In this document: positions 9,817 through 18,716 of the stretch, piece after piece | How positions within the stretch are numbered: the first letter of the stretch is position 1 | How the letters are laid out: every line of letters starts with the position of its first letter | Assembly: GCA_040006915.1 (NCBI GenBank) | Contig: JBDTWD010000005.1 | Coordinates: 23,394 to 87,393 of the forward strand | Source of the DNA: Candidatus Woesebacteria bacterium | GTDB lineage: Bacteria; Patescibacteriota; Microgenomatia; UBA1400; UBA12028 | Direction of reading: 5' to 3' | Length of the DNA stretch: 64,000 bases | The notes under the pieces: model-generated | The model's input: only the letters and a program-made list of their open reading frames with translations | What the model was told of the DNA's origin: nothing | Databases searched by the model: none | Made by a program: the position numbers and the translations under genes

Positions 9817-10461
9817 ATGAAAAAAATCTCTCTCTTTATTGTCAGTATTCTTCTCTTCTCCGCTTGTAAACCAAGCGCAACGGTATCCACTCCAGAAGGA
9901 CAAACAACTCCTGAAGTTAAAAATGAAACCAGTGTTGATGTAAATGCCTTGATTGCCAGCGGTAAACCGGCAAAATGTGAGATCAGTAAAACTGATGGCA
10001 GCATGCATATGACCTCATGGGTCATGGGGAAGAAAATGAAGACTACCGGAATTACGACCAGCACAAAGACGCAATATGATGGTGCCATGATTTCAGATGG
10101 AACGTACATGTACACTTGGGATCAAACAAAGAAAGAGGGAGTAAAAATGAAAATTCCCAGCGAACAAGATCTTAAAGACTTAAGCGCAAAAACCGGACAG
10201 GATATCCCAAACATGGCTGATAGTACGAACCGCCAAAAATGGATGGATCAAGGATATACGGTGAACTGTAGTGCTGCTGACATTTCTGAGAGTGAGTTCG
10301 TTCCTCCAACTGACGTTACATTTACCGATGCCAGTGCCATGATGGATTCAGTCAATCAAATGATGAAACAAAATAACACCGGAACTGCTCCAAGTGCGGC
10401 ACAACAAAAAGAAATGCAAGACAAAGCCCAAGAAATGATGAAGCAATATCAGCAACAGTAA
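9817..10461 (+). CDS. Putative lipoprotein
   Basis: MKKISLFIVSILLFSAC lipobox; AAGGAG SD. Confidence 0.75.
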   Translation: MKKISLFIVSILLFSACKPSATVSTPEGQTTPEVKNETSVDVNALIASGKPAKCEISKTDGSMHMTSWVMGKKMKTTGITTSTKTQYDGAMISDGTYMYTWDQTKKEGVKMKIPSEQDLKDLSAKTGQDIPNMADSTNRQKWMDQGYTVNCSAADISESEFVPPTDVTFTDASAMMDSVNQMMKQNNTGTAPSAAQQKEMQDKAQEMMKQYQQQ

Positions 10462-10486
10462 AGAAAGATTGAGAGAACCGTTTTCA

Positions 10487-10723
10487 TTACATTCTGGCAC
10501 AGGCCATACAATCTCGTTTGTGGGTGGCCAAGAGATAGAATGCACTCAAACCGACCAGAATGTAAACAATTTGTTCCAACATTGGATACATCCAGAGAAT
10601 CATGTGCACCATGTTGTAGCCAAACATACCCAGTAGACCCCAGTTAATGCCACCGACGATCACTAAGACGAATGCAACAATATGCACTGTCGACATTCCG
10701 TCCATTCTTTTCGTCATTTTCAT
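10487..10723 (-). CDS. DUF378 small membrane protein
   Basis: LVIVGGINWGLLGMFGYNMV...IVYILVGLSA. Confidence 0.85.
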   Translation of the reverse strand: MKMTKRMDGMSTVHIVAFVLVIVGGINWGLLGMFGYNMVHMILWMYPMLEQIVYILVGLSAFYLLATHKRDCMACARM

Positions 10724-10808
10724 AAAAAACCCCTTTACCAGTAAGTAATGTGCTACTGAGTAAGTCTAGGCTGCATGAAGAAAGAAAGTCAAGTAATTAC
10801 GGCTATTG

Positions 10809-10991
10809 TTACTGTTCTGGAATCACTAGCCAACAGGCGACATACAGGATAATTCCTGGAGCTCCACCTGGTAAACCTAAGATAACAAAGAATAAGCGCA
10901 CGAGCGTAATGTCAACGTCAAAGTAATTGGAAAAAGCCAGACAAACACCAGCTACTTTTCTTCCTTTTTTTGGTCTCATTAATTTTTTCAT
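10809..10991 (-). CDS. PspC domain protein
   Basis: KKLMRPKKGRKVAGVCLAFSNYFDVDITLVRL...YVACWLVIP; ATGA overlap with the upstream gene. Confidence 0.88.
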   Translation of the reverse strand: MKKLMRPKKGRKVAGVCLAFSNYFDVDITLVRLFFVILGLPGGAPGIILYVACWLVIPEQ

Positions 10992-11659
10992 ACGGTCTCC
11001 TTTGGTATAGGGGTAACTACAGGCGGCGCTGGTGGCAAAGGCTGCCTTCTCTTCCATGCGTCATACAATAATGATACCACTTCCAAAACTCCTGCGGCAC
11101 CAATTAACACCATATATTTAGTATTCCGTTGTAACCCCACATGCAAAAATATGAGCCAGAATATGACATAGACTAGTTTATGTAGTCTCTTCCAGTTTTT
11201 CCCGAGTGTCTTGACACTAAAATCATTAGATGTTGATGCCAAAAGCGTGAAGCTTAAGAGAGTTAGAAATCCGAACAATTGAAACGTCGAAAAAGAAAAA
11301 AGATCGCCTCTAATTGCCAGCTGTGGGAAAAAATAAACGATTGAGGCATGCATTAAAGCCAACAGAAATGTACTGATACCTAGGTGCCGACGAAACATAA
11401 TTCCTATGGTAATGAGTGGATGCTTCACTCCAAACCGTCCTAAAATTCCAGGCAGGGTAACGACGATGAACAAATAAATAGCCAGCTCACCACACAACAG
11501 TCCAAAGCGAATGACCGGTCCCAAAAAAGCCCCATCATCTGCGGCAATCTGCCAATACGCAAAACCTAAAAATAGTACACATCCGACATAAAATAGCTGG
11601 AACAAATGGATAATGTTTGAGCGGTTGGGGGCGACAAACTGCAATAGTTTTTGAAACAT
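10988..11659 (-). CDS. Ferric reductase-like transmembrane protein (MsrQ/YedZ-like)
   Basis: RRHLGI...H, LASTSNDFSVKTLGKNWKRLHKLVYVIFWLIFLH heme-ligand pattern. Confidence 0.85.
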   Translation of the reverse strand: MFQKLLQFVAPNRSNIIHLFQLFYVGCVLFLGFAYWQIAADDGAFLGPVIRFGLLCGELAIYLFIVVTLPGILGRFGVKHPLITIGIMFRRHLGISTFLLALMHASIVYFFPQLAIRGDLFSFSTFQLFGFLTLLSFTLLASTSNDFSVKTLGKNWKRLHKLVYVIFWLIFLHVGLQRNTKYMVLIGAAGVLEVVSLLYDAWKRRQPLPPAPPVVTPIPKETV

Positions 11660-11706
11660 GATTCTATTGTAGCGCAAAAAACTGAGAGTCGTGTGAGTGT
11701 AGAGGC

Positions 11707-13203
11707 TTAATGCGTTTCTTGTTGAGCCTCACCATTCATCGTTTTTTGTCGCAAGGGGGATGGATCTATCCCATGCAAATCACTGATTTCTCTGACTGCT
11801 CGAAACACTAGAGACAAGATCATATCCTCAGTCAGCGAATACATATTAAAAGCAATCGTTGGGAGCGCATACTGCAGATATCCCATTTCAGCTTTTCTTG
11901 TTTCTCCTTCTACAAATGAAGGAATTCCAAATGGCAGCATGTGATGGTCAAGAAACTTGGTTCGGGCTGACGCTTCTCCGCCATACGGTTTATAGAGCTT
12001 TCCTTTTTCATCCATGAAAAATCGCATTCCTCCTGGACTTTCGATCGTGCCTCCACCAGCGATACGAGAAACACCAATCCCTGTTGCTCCCAGTGAGAGA
12101 GTGGTAGCAATATGATCACTTCCCCCACCTTCAACAATGACGGGGATTCCGACACTTCCCCGCATACTCCACACCAGTTGCGGCCAATCAATCACACTTC
12201 CACTGCGCACACCAGTGATACATCGCCCTCCTCCTCCAATCCCCACATATAAACCATCAGCTCCAGCTTTCTCTAATTGCATTGCTTGTTCGACACTGAC
12301 AACTTGTCCGGCAAAAATCTCCACATCTCCATCAAATTTTTTGCGCATTGCTTTGACAGTATCGAGTACCGCCGTTCCTGGCTCTGGTGAATAGACGCGA
12401 AAGACTCTGACGCCAGCGTCATACAAAGCTTTTGCCCGCTTTAACGCATGCACGGGTTGAGTCTCTACTACTCCCATTAAGTTTTGCTTCCACAACGACA
12501 GTAACTGCTCTTTGTCACTACGGCCAATCAGCACTTCACTGGCTTGTAAAGCTTGGTGAGTTTGCAAAACCAAATCTACTTGTCTGCCGATGTCATGAAA
12601 TACGCTGTTACGAGGAACTCCAACCAAACTATGTAATTGCGCCATAGTTGAAAGTGCAGAAACACTCCCATAGATATCCGGCATCGCTGAACCCACCAAT
12701 GGGGAACGGGCAAACTTTCCCAGTTTTACAAACGGACCAAAGCGGAGTCGTTCTGCTCGACCCACACGAGCACGCTGGGCTCCAACTACCTGGACTCCAA
12801 GATCCGAAATGGAGAGCGATAATCCTTCTTGCTCGGCAGATTGCATCACTGGAGAGGAAACGAGCGGAGGTGGAATAAACGGCTTTTTACTGATCGCGAC
12901 AAGTTCTTGGATACGATCAGGGTGATTGAACACTTCCAAGATATACTGACGCACTCGCAACGTCTTGATCATCAACTCTGGAGGGAGGACCATGGTCTGG
13001 GTTGAACCTAAGAAATCAAAAGGAGTTTGCAGCAGCCCTTGACTTGGGTACGCAGTTTTTTCATCTCCGCTTTCTAAAAACCAAAACTTCAAATGGGCGG
13101 AGAGATCTTTTTCTAACGGAGCAAGCTTCGCAAGAATATATGCTTCCCACGAAGCTTCGCGGAAAGAAGAAAAAGGAGGAATGGGATTTTTTACTCTAGC
13201 CAT
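11707..13203 (-). CDS. Divergent IMP dehydrogenase / GMP reductase family protein with N-terminal extension
   Basis: PLVGSAMP, AGQVVS..QA..L.KAGADGLYVGIGGGGRCIT, IPVIVEGG, ESPG, YGGEAS, VEG. Confidence 0.72.
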   Translation of the reverse strand: MARVKNPIPPFSSFREASWEAYILAKLAPLEKDLSAHLKFWFLESGDEKTAYPSQGLLQTPFDFLGSTQTMVLPPELMIKTLRVRQYILEVFNHPDRIQELVAISKKPFIPPPLVSSPVMQSAEQEGLSLSISDLGVQVVGAQRARVGRAERLRFGPFVKLGKFARSPLVGSAMPDIYGSVSALSTMAQLHSLVGVPRNSVFHDIGRQVDLVLQTHQALQASEVLIGRSDKEQLLSLWKQNLMGVVETQPVHALKRAKALYDAGVRVFRVYSPEPGTAVLDTVKAMRKKFDGDVEIFAGQVVSVEQAMQLEKAGADGLYVGIGGGGRCITGVRSGSVIDWPQLVWSMRGSVGIPVIVEGGGSDHIATTLSLGATGIGVSRIAGGGTIESPGGMRFFMDEKGKLYKPYGGEASARTKFLDHHMLPFGIPSFVEGETRKAEMGYLQYALPTIAFNMYSLTEDMILSLVFRAVREISDLHGIDPSPLRQKTMNGEAQQETH

Positions 13204-13255
13204 TAAAACCCAAGTCTACACTACAAAACGTATTTGACAAGGGAAAAGAAAAACT

Positions 13256-13912
13256 CTATGTGCGTAGAGAGTGTACACTGTGAGAATTTTTCTTAAAATC
13301 ATCTAATAACATTAAACACAGTTTTTTCGGATCAAACCGAGTAGTTCTCTTTAATAAGGAAATTGTATTCTTTTCACTATCAAATTCGAAAATACTTTCT
13401 GCATAGGCCACAAATTTCACTCGTTTTTCTTCTTTTGCTCTTTGTAGTACGGCACGGATAAATTCAGACCATCTTCTGTTCCCCTGAATTTCCATGTCAT
13501 CTGTAAAATCCACATTCGGATCTACGATCGGAACTGACTCTATGCGCTCCAAATCTTTATCTTTGTACCATTGTGGATATTCCCAAACAACTTTCGGACG
13601 AAGAAGAAGTGAAACTATTTGCGAAACCGGCTCTGATAACCTTGCAGCAAACTCTTCCCACTTGCTTGGTGAAGAGAATGAAGCCATCATCAGTTCTTCT
13701 AATCCATCATCGGCAAAGCCAGAATAATTTTTAACGATTCGAACTGGATAGCTTATCCGCTTCGGATCAAAAATGAACAGACAGTCCCCATAGGCTCTAA
13801 AGTAACAGCTACTCTTCATTTTTTTCAGTCTGGCGACAAAATCTAACCATTCTTCACCAAGGTTTTGCGAATACTCTATCGAAGCTGGTTCACTATTTGC
13901 TTCTTTACTCAT
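13256..13912 (-). CDS. Hypothetical protein with internal duplication
   Basis: 218-aa ORF starting right after the cysS stop; two copies of W..F...L..F.AY....F.FD. Confidence 0.6.
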   Translation of the reverse strand: MSKEANSEPASIEYSQNLGEEWLDFVARLKKMKSSCYFRAYGDCLFIFDPKRISYPVRIVKNYSGFADDGLEELMMASFSSPSKWEEFAARLSEPVSQIVSLLLRPKVVWEYPQWYKDKDLERIESVPIVDPNVDFTDDMEIQGNRRWSEFIRAVLQRAKEEKRVKFVAYAESIFEFDSEKNTISLLKRTTRFDPKKLCLMLLDDFKKNSHSVHSLRT

Positions 13913-13913
13913 A

Positions 13914-15335
13914 TTAAAGGGATTTTTTTACTTTCTGCCCTTCAGAGGAATCTTCTACGGTCCATCCCAGTTTAGCGATTTCATCACGCAACATATCACT
14001 GGTCGCAAAATCTTTATTCACCCGAGCTGCTTCACGCTGATCTACCAACATCTGTACCCCGGAAGGAATGTCGTCTTCTTTTTTTGCCGCCATGAGACTG
14101 CAGGCTTTGGCTAAACCTAAACCCAAAACTGAATCAAAATCAATCAAAAGATCATATTTATCAGATCCAGGTATGCTGCTTTTCGCCACTTCCCAGAACA
14201 CACTCATCGCCTCTGGGGTATGCAAATCATTTTCCATTTGCTCAAAAAAACGTTTCCGATACTCGTTTACCTTTCCCAATTTTTCGCTGCTTAAGGTAGT
14301 GCGTTCTACAGTCTGTTTCGCTTGGCACAGAATTCCTATTAATTTATCATACGATTTTTGGGTTGCAGCCAAATTATCCCAAGTGAAATTCAATTCACTG
14401 CGATAATGGCTCCCAAAAAACAGCAACTTTAAAGCCATGGGATCAAAGCCCTTGGCGATTACATCGTCAACGGTATAGATATTCCCTAGAGACTTACTCA
14501 TCTTTTCACCCTCTACCTGCAAGAAATTGTGATGCACCCAGTATTTGACGAATGGACTTTTCCCCGTCGCCCCTTCCGCTTGCGCAATCTCATTGGGATG
14601 GTGCACCGGAATGTGATCGATTCCTCCGGTATGAATTTCAAATTGATCTCCTAAGTACTTCATTGCCATGGCGCTACATTCGATGTGCCATCCCGGAAAA
14701 CCCTTCCCCCATGGGGAATCCCATTCCATTTGCCGTTTTTCATCTTTGGGTGAAAATTTCCAAAGAGCGAAATCAGTCAGATTCTTTTTCCCTGCAACCA
14801 TCTCCACTCTAGCTCCGGCTTTCAAAGCGTCTTTATCTAGACGGGCTAGCGCTCCATAGTTTGGGAATTTACTGGTATCAAAATACACCCCATCGGCAAT
14901 GGTGTATGTGAGCCCATTCTTTTCTAGACGCTGCACCAATTCAATTTGCTCTGGGATATGATCTGTAGCTCTACTACTGATATCAGGACGATGTAATCCC
15001 ATAGCGTCCATGCTCTTCCAGAAAAAATCTTCAAATTCCTTGGCAACATCCCACACTGTTTTTCCGTACTTACGGGCACCCTTCTCCATTTTGTCTTCGC
15101 CCTCGTCTGCATCCGAAACCAGATGTCCTACATCTGTGACATTCTGGACATGTTGTACATCGAGTCCAGAGTGTTTTAGGGTCCGAACCAAAACGTCATC
15201 CATACTGTATTTTCGGGCATGACCGATGTGTGTATAGTCATACACCGTCAATCCACAGGCATATAATCCTATGTGTTTACCCGCAATCGGGATAATCTCT
15301 TCTATAGTTCGTGACATTGTGTTAAAAATTTTCAT
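13914..15335 (-). CDS. cysS: Cysteine--tRNA ligase
   Basis: YACGLTVYDYTHIGHAR, GFPGWHIECSAM, KMSKSLGN. Confidence 0.97.
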   Translation of the reverse strand: MKIFNTMSRTIEEIIPIAGKHIGLYACGLTVYDYTHIGHARKYSMDDVLVRTLKHSGLDVQHVQNVTDVGHLVSDADEGEDKMEKGARKYGKTVWDVAKEFEDFFWKSMDAMGLHRPDISSRATDHIPEQIELVQRLEKNGLTYTIADGVYFDTSKFPNYGALARLDKDALKAGARVEMVAGKKNLTDFALWKFSPKDEKRQMEWDSPWGKGFPGWHIECSAMAMKYLGDQFEIHTGGIDHIPVHHPNEIAQAEGATGKSPFVKYWVHHNFLQVEGEKMSKSLGNIYTVDDVIAKGFDPMALKLLFFGSHYRSELNFTWDNLAATQKSYDKLIGILCQAKQTVERTTLSSEKLGKVNEYRKRFFEQMENDLHTPEAMSVFWEVAKSSIPGSDKYDLLIDFDSVLGLGLAKACSLMAAKKEDDIPSGVQMLVDQREAARVNKDFATSDMLRDEIAKLGWTVEDSSEGQKVKKSL

Positions 15336-15362
15336 ACATTTCTTCTCTGATTATTTAGATAC

Positions 15363-15388
15363 AAAAAAATCCGCCTCTTGGAGCGGAT
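15363..15388 (-). terminator. Intrinsic terminator in the cysS leader (attenuator)
   Basis: Minus strand ATCCGCTCCAAGAGGCGGAT followed by a T-run, ~27 nt upstream of the cysS ATG. Confidence 0.8.
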
Positions 15389-15419
15389 ATACATGACAAA
15401 CCGATCCAAGCATCTTCTC

Positions 15420-15461
15420 TTAGATCTTACAACAAACGAATTCAGTTTGTACGGCTGTCAT
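15420..15461 (-). CDS. Putative cysS leader peptide MTAVQTEFVCCKI
   Basis: ATG ACA GCC GTA CAA ACT GAA TTC GTT TGT TGT AAG ATC TAA; TATACT 6 nt upstream; tandem Cys codons; followed by an antiterminator arm and a terminator. Confidence 0.75.
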   Translation of the reverse strand: MTAVQTEFVCCKI

Positions 15462-15481
15462 AGGAGAAGTATACACCTTTT

Positions 15482-15961
15482 TTAACCTGCGCCCACACGC
15501 TTTTCAGCATTCGCACTATCTTTGGCCATTTGAACCTGCAGGTTCTCTTTCTTCTGCTTTTCTAGCTGTTTAATTTCGTATTTCTTTTGACTGTCCTTTT
15601 GTACTGCTACTTGCTTTGCTTGCTCGTCTTGTTGTTGTTTCTCTTTATAGTATCCCAGGCTCTGCTGTTGGATTTGATCATGCAGCTGTTGATGTTGAGT
15701 CTGCTTGTAGGTTACATCCTCCTGTTGCTGTTTTTGCAGAGCGGCAGCCTGGGCCATTGTTCCACCATCAGAAGCCCCTTTCTCTTCAGAAGCTGGTTTG
15801 CTTCCATCGCCAGTTCCCCCAGTCCCTAAAAGTTCCTCCAAAATATCGAGTGGGGTTTTCGCAATCTGTTTGACGGTGTCGCTGGCTGCGGTTTTGGCAG
15901 TATCGACAACACTTGAAGCAACATCAGACACGGCAGAGGCTGCAGATTGTAAAGGATTCAT
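15482..15961 (-). CDS. Hypothetical Gln/Lys-rich coiled-coil protein
   Basis: 159-aa ORF co-oriented with hpf and recR; low-complexity Q-rich C-terminal half. Confidence 0.7.
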   Translation of the reverse strand: MNPLQSAASAVSDVASSVVDTAKTAASDTVKQIAKTPLDILEELLGTGGTGDGSKPASEEKGASDGGTMAQAAALQKQQQEDVTYKQTQHQQLHDQIQQQSLGYYKEKQQQDEQAKQVAVQKDSQKKYEIKQLEKQKKENLQVQMAKDSANAEKRVGAG

Positions 15962-15964
15962 GCC

Positions 15965-16276
15965 TTAAGAATACTGCTTGGCTTTTTCTTTTGCTAGTCG
16001 GCTTTTCATCTTGGTGATTGCTCCAAAGAACGCTTGATAAAAGGTAGCGCCTTGATCACGAACGGTAATCGGTTTCCCTCCCATATCACCAATAAGCTCG
16101 ACCACTGCATCCTGGGTATCGCCTTTTTTACGTCGATCAATATTTAAAACAACTTGGATTCGGGAAAGTCCTCGGGAAGAAAATTTTGAGAACTTTTGTA
16201 GCTTTGAAAAGATAAAAGCTTGTAGACCATCGGTGAGAAGTATATTTTTACTGGTGAGTGAAACTTGCATTGTCAT
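15965..16276 (-). CDS. hpf: Ribosome hibernation factor, short HPF/RaiA
   Basis: MQVSLTSKNILLTDGLQAFIFSKLQK...FYQAFFGAITKMKSRLAKEK, S30AE-like pattern; AAGGAG SD. Confidence 0.75.
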   Translation of the reverse strand: MTMQVSLTSKNILLTDGLQAFIFSKLQKFSKFSSRGLSRIQVVLNIDRRKKGDTQDAVVELIGDMGGKPITVRDQGATFYQAFFGAITKMKSRLAKEKAKQYS

Positions 16277-16314
16277 CTCCTTTGTGTAGTTTGGACACGT
16301 GAAACCTGAACAGT

Positions 16315-16929
16315 TTACATGGTTCTCCTCCCTTCGAGTGCGCGGGCAAGAGTCACCCCGTCTGCGTACTCAATATCGGCTCCAATTGGTAGTCCGTGAC
16401 CGATTCGGCTCACTTGAATATGAGTAGTATCTCCTTGTTGGCTTTGAAAATCCTGAATAAACTGCTGAATATACATTGCGGTTGCCTCACCTTCCATTGT
16501 CGGATTGGTCGCGAGAATGATTTCTTCAACTCCAGACAATCGTTTGCCAATGTCACGTAAATAGAGTTGGTCGGGTCCAATATTATTCAATGGGGAAATA
16601 GCTCCATGTAAAACATGATAGAGACCGGTAAATTTTTCACTGCGCTCGATTGCCAGCAGATCCAATGGTTGCTCTACCACACATAACACTTTTTGATTAC
16701 GAGAGAGATCAGAGCAAATCTCACACGGATCCGCTTCTCCGACGTTATGACAAATACTGCAAATTTTGGTGTTTTTTTTCAAATCGATGAGAGTTTGCGC
16801 AAAATGCTGTAATTCACTCTCTGGGTTGTGGAGCAAATAAAAAACCAGTCGTTGTGCTGACTTTGGTCCAATTCCCGGGAGTTTTTCAAATTGTTCAATG
16901 GTGGCACGCAGGCTTTTAGGAAGTTTCAT
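16315..16929 (-). CDS. recR: Recombination protein RecR
   Basis: LPGIGPKSAQRL, C4 zinc finger, YHVLHGAISPL, ATNPTMEGEAT, GLPIGADIEYAD. Confidence 0.96.
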   Translation of the reverse strand: MKLPKSLRATIEQFEKLPGIGPKSAQRLVFYLLHNPESELQHFAQTLIDLKKNTKICSICHNVGEADPCEICSDLSRNQKVLCVVEQPLDLLAIERSEKFTGLYHVLHGAISPLNNIGPDQLYLRDIGKRLSGVEEIILATNPTMEGEATAMYIQQFIQDFQSQQGDTTHIQVSRIGHGLPIGADIEYADGVTLARALEGRRTM

Positions 16930-16998
16930 TGACGTTTCGCAAAGACTACCATCTTGCGCGGCCTCTTGCAACCTTGGGGCCTAATCAACTACCATGGA

Positions 16999-18708
16999 AT
17001 GATGCTGTTTCAAACGGGTGAACGTGCTCATTCATTAGCGACCATGCTTGCCAACAAACTTCCAATTCCCTCGGGATTTATTGTGGCCTCCCAAGCGTTT
17101 GAAGCATTCGTGGAAGAAAATGACATCCGCGAGAGCGTCGAGTCCATTCTCAAAGGTCAATCATTTGACTCACCAAAAAGTTTGAAAGCCGCTTCAACCC
17201 AAATACGCCGCCAGATTCTCTCTGGAGAGTTCCCAACAGATATCGCCCACCAAATTCTTTCCATGTACATTAAACTGGGAGAACCGCGAGTCATGTTATT
17301 TCCCAGTATCGCCCTTACAAAAAAAGATCTGGAGAATTTCACCTCACCCGAGAATGCATTGTATGGGTATCAAGGAGACGCAAATCTGTTCGAAGGCATC
17401 AAAGAACTCTGGAGTCACTTTTTCGATCCTCAACCACTCTACTACCGCTTAAAGCACAAAAAAGATCATTTTACGTTACCTTTTGCGATCACCGTACAGT
17501 CCTTTCCTGTGGCCAAAGTGTCAGGCGTGATGTTTACCGATGATGTAACCTCACACACCAAACAAACGGTGCTACTTAAAATTGTGCATGGAGAAGGTGC
17601 GCTGATCGGAGAACTGGATGGAGCTGATTACTACTGGATCAAACGCGGAACGGGAGATGTATATAAATCTTCAACCGATACGCAAAAAACCAGAATCATT
17701 TTTGAGAATGGTGAAGAAGAACAAGAAAAAATTCCGAGTTCATTAAGTAAGAAACGCAAAGCCAGCCAAGATCTCCTTGTACGTTTAGCTAAACTGGCAG
17801 CCAAGCTCCAACAGCACATGTTTTTTCCCCAGCAAGCTACATTTAGTTTTGATGGAGAGAACGTAGCACTTATCGATACCAAACCCGCTCCCACGCACAC
17901 GGGAAGCATCGTGGCTCCATCACCAGTCTTCACTCCATCTTCAAAAACTATGCAGCCAGACCCCACAAAAGCTGGGTTGGTAACGCTAGGACTGCTTCAC
18001 CCACTCCCCCTTGCAGCCCACGCTCCCAAGTTTAACCATATCAGCGGTCACCTTCTCCTAGAATCTCAGTACATACTCTCAGAATTTGCCGGAGAGCTGA
18101 CACTCCAAAAACAACGACTGCTCACACACGAGTTGAAGAGGACTATTTCATTTATCACCACACATTGTAAAGTCGATCACGGATGTATCTATACATTTCC
18201 CAAAGCTCAAAGTTCCTTGCATCATATCGAAGCCCAACTCACGGCACTCCAAGAAATCAGACAAGATTTTCCACTGCTCCCTCTTTTACTGGTGGCTGAA
18301 ACCAGTGAAGCTCAACCCTATAGATTTTGGAACGCTCAATGGAATACTAGAGGATTTATGCGTTCAAGCCAAATCGGACATGCCCTGTTACTCAATACTC
18401 CCGCAAGTATTCATGAACTCACACAAAACCAAGAAAATGGCATCGATGCCGTGGTTGTTGATGTTGATCAACTTGATCTTTTTATGCATGGTGGAGAAGA
18501 ACACACGAACAAGTCAAGCATTACCCCAGCCTTAATGGAACAATTACAGCGGATCTTAAACTGGTGTCAGGAAAATGGAACAGTCGCTTTATTTAGTAGC
18601 AAACGACCTGTTGATTATGCTATGCTGAATGCACTTGCAGGAGAAATTTCTATCGAGTGGCTCACATCTGAGCCGCTCTATGGTCATTTGATTACACAGT
18701 CTGCGTAA
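16999..18708 (+). CDS. Degenerate PEP synthase/PPDK-like protein (N-terminal nucleotide-binding domain plus eroded C-terminal barrel)
   Basis: LPIPSGFIV, IKELWSHFF, SGVMFT, GEG motifs of the PPDK_N domain; no phospho-His motif; precedes eno. Confidence 0.65.
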   Translation: MMLFQTGERAHSLATMLANKLPIPSGFIVASQAFEAFVEENDIRESVESILKGQSFDSPKSLKAASTQIRRQILSGEFPTDIAHQILSMYIKLGEPRVMLFPSIALTKKDLENFTSPENALYGYQGDANLFEGIKELWSHFFDPQPLYYRLKHKKDHFTLPFAITVQSFPVAKVSGVMFTDDVTSHTKQTVLLKIVHGEGALIGELDGADYYWIKRGTGDVYKSSTDTQKTRIIFENGEEEQEKIPSSLSKKRKASQDLLVRLAKLAAKLQQHMFFPQQATFSFDGENVALIDTKPAPTHTGSIVAPSPVFTPSSKTMQPDPTKAGLVTLGLLHPLPLAAHAPKFNHISGHLLLESQYILSEFAGELTLQKQRLLTHELKRTISFITTHCKVDHGCIYTFPKAQSSLHHIEAQLTALQEIRQDFPLLPLLLVAETSEAQPYRFWNAQWNTRGFMRSSQIGHALLLNTPASIHELTQNQENGIDAVVVDVDQLDLFMHGGEEHTNKSSITPALMEQLQRILNWCQENGTVALFSSKRPVDYAMLNALAGEISIEWLTSEPLYGHLITQSA

Positions 18709-18716
18709 TAAACCGT

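Noticed and set aside
15336-15481. T-box riboswitch for cysS
   Set aside because: Leader is only about 125 nt and shows no T-box consensus (AAGGTGGNACC-like) or stem I; a Cys-codon leader ORF explains it better
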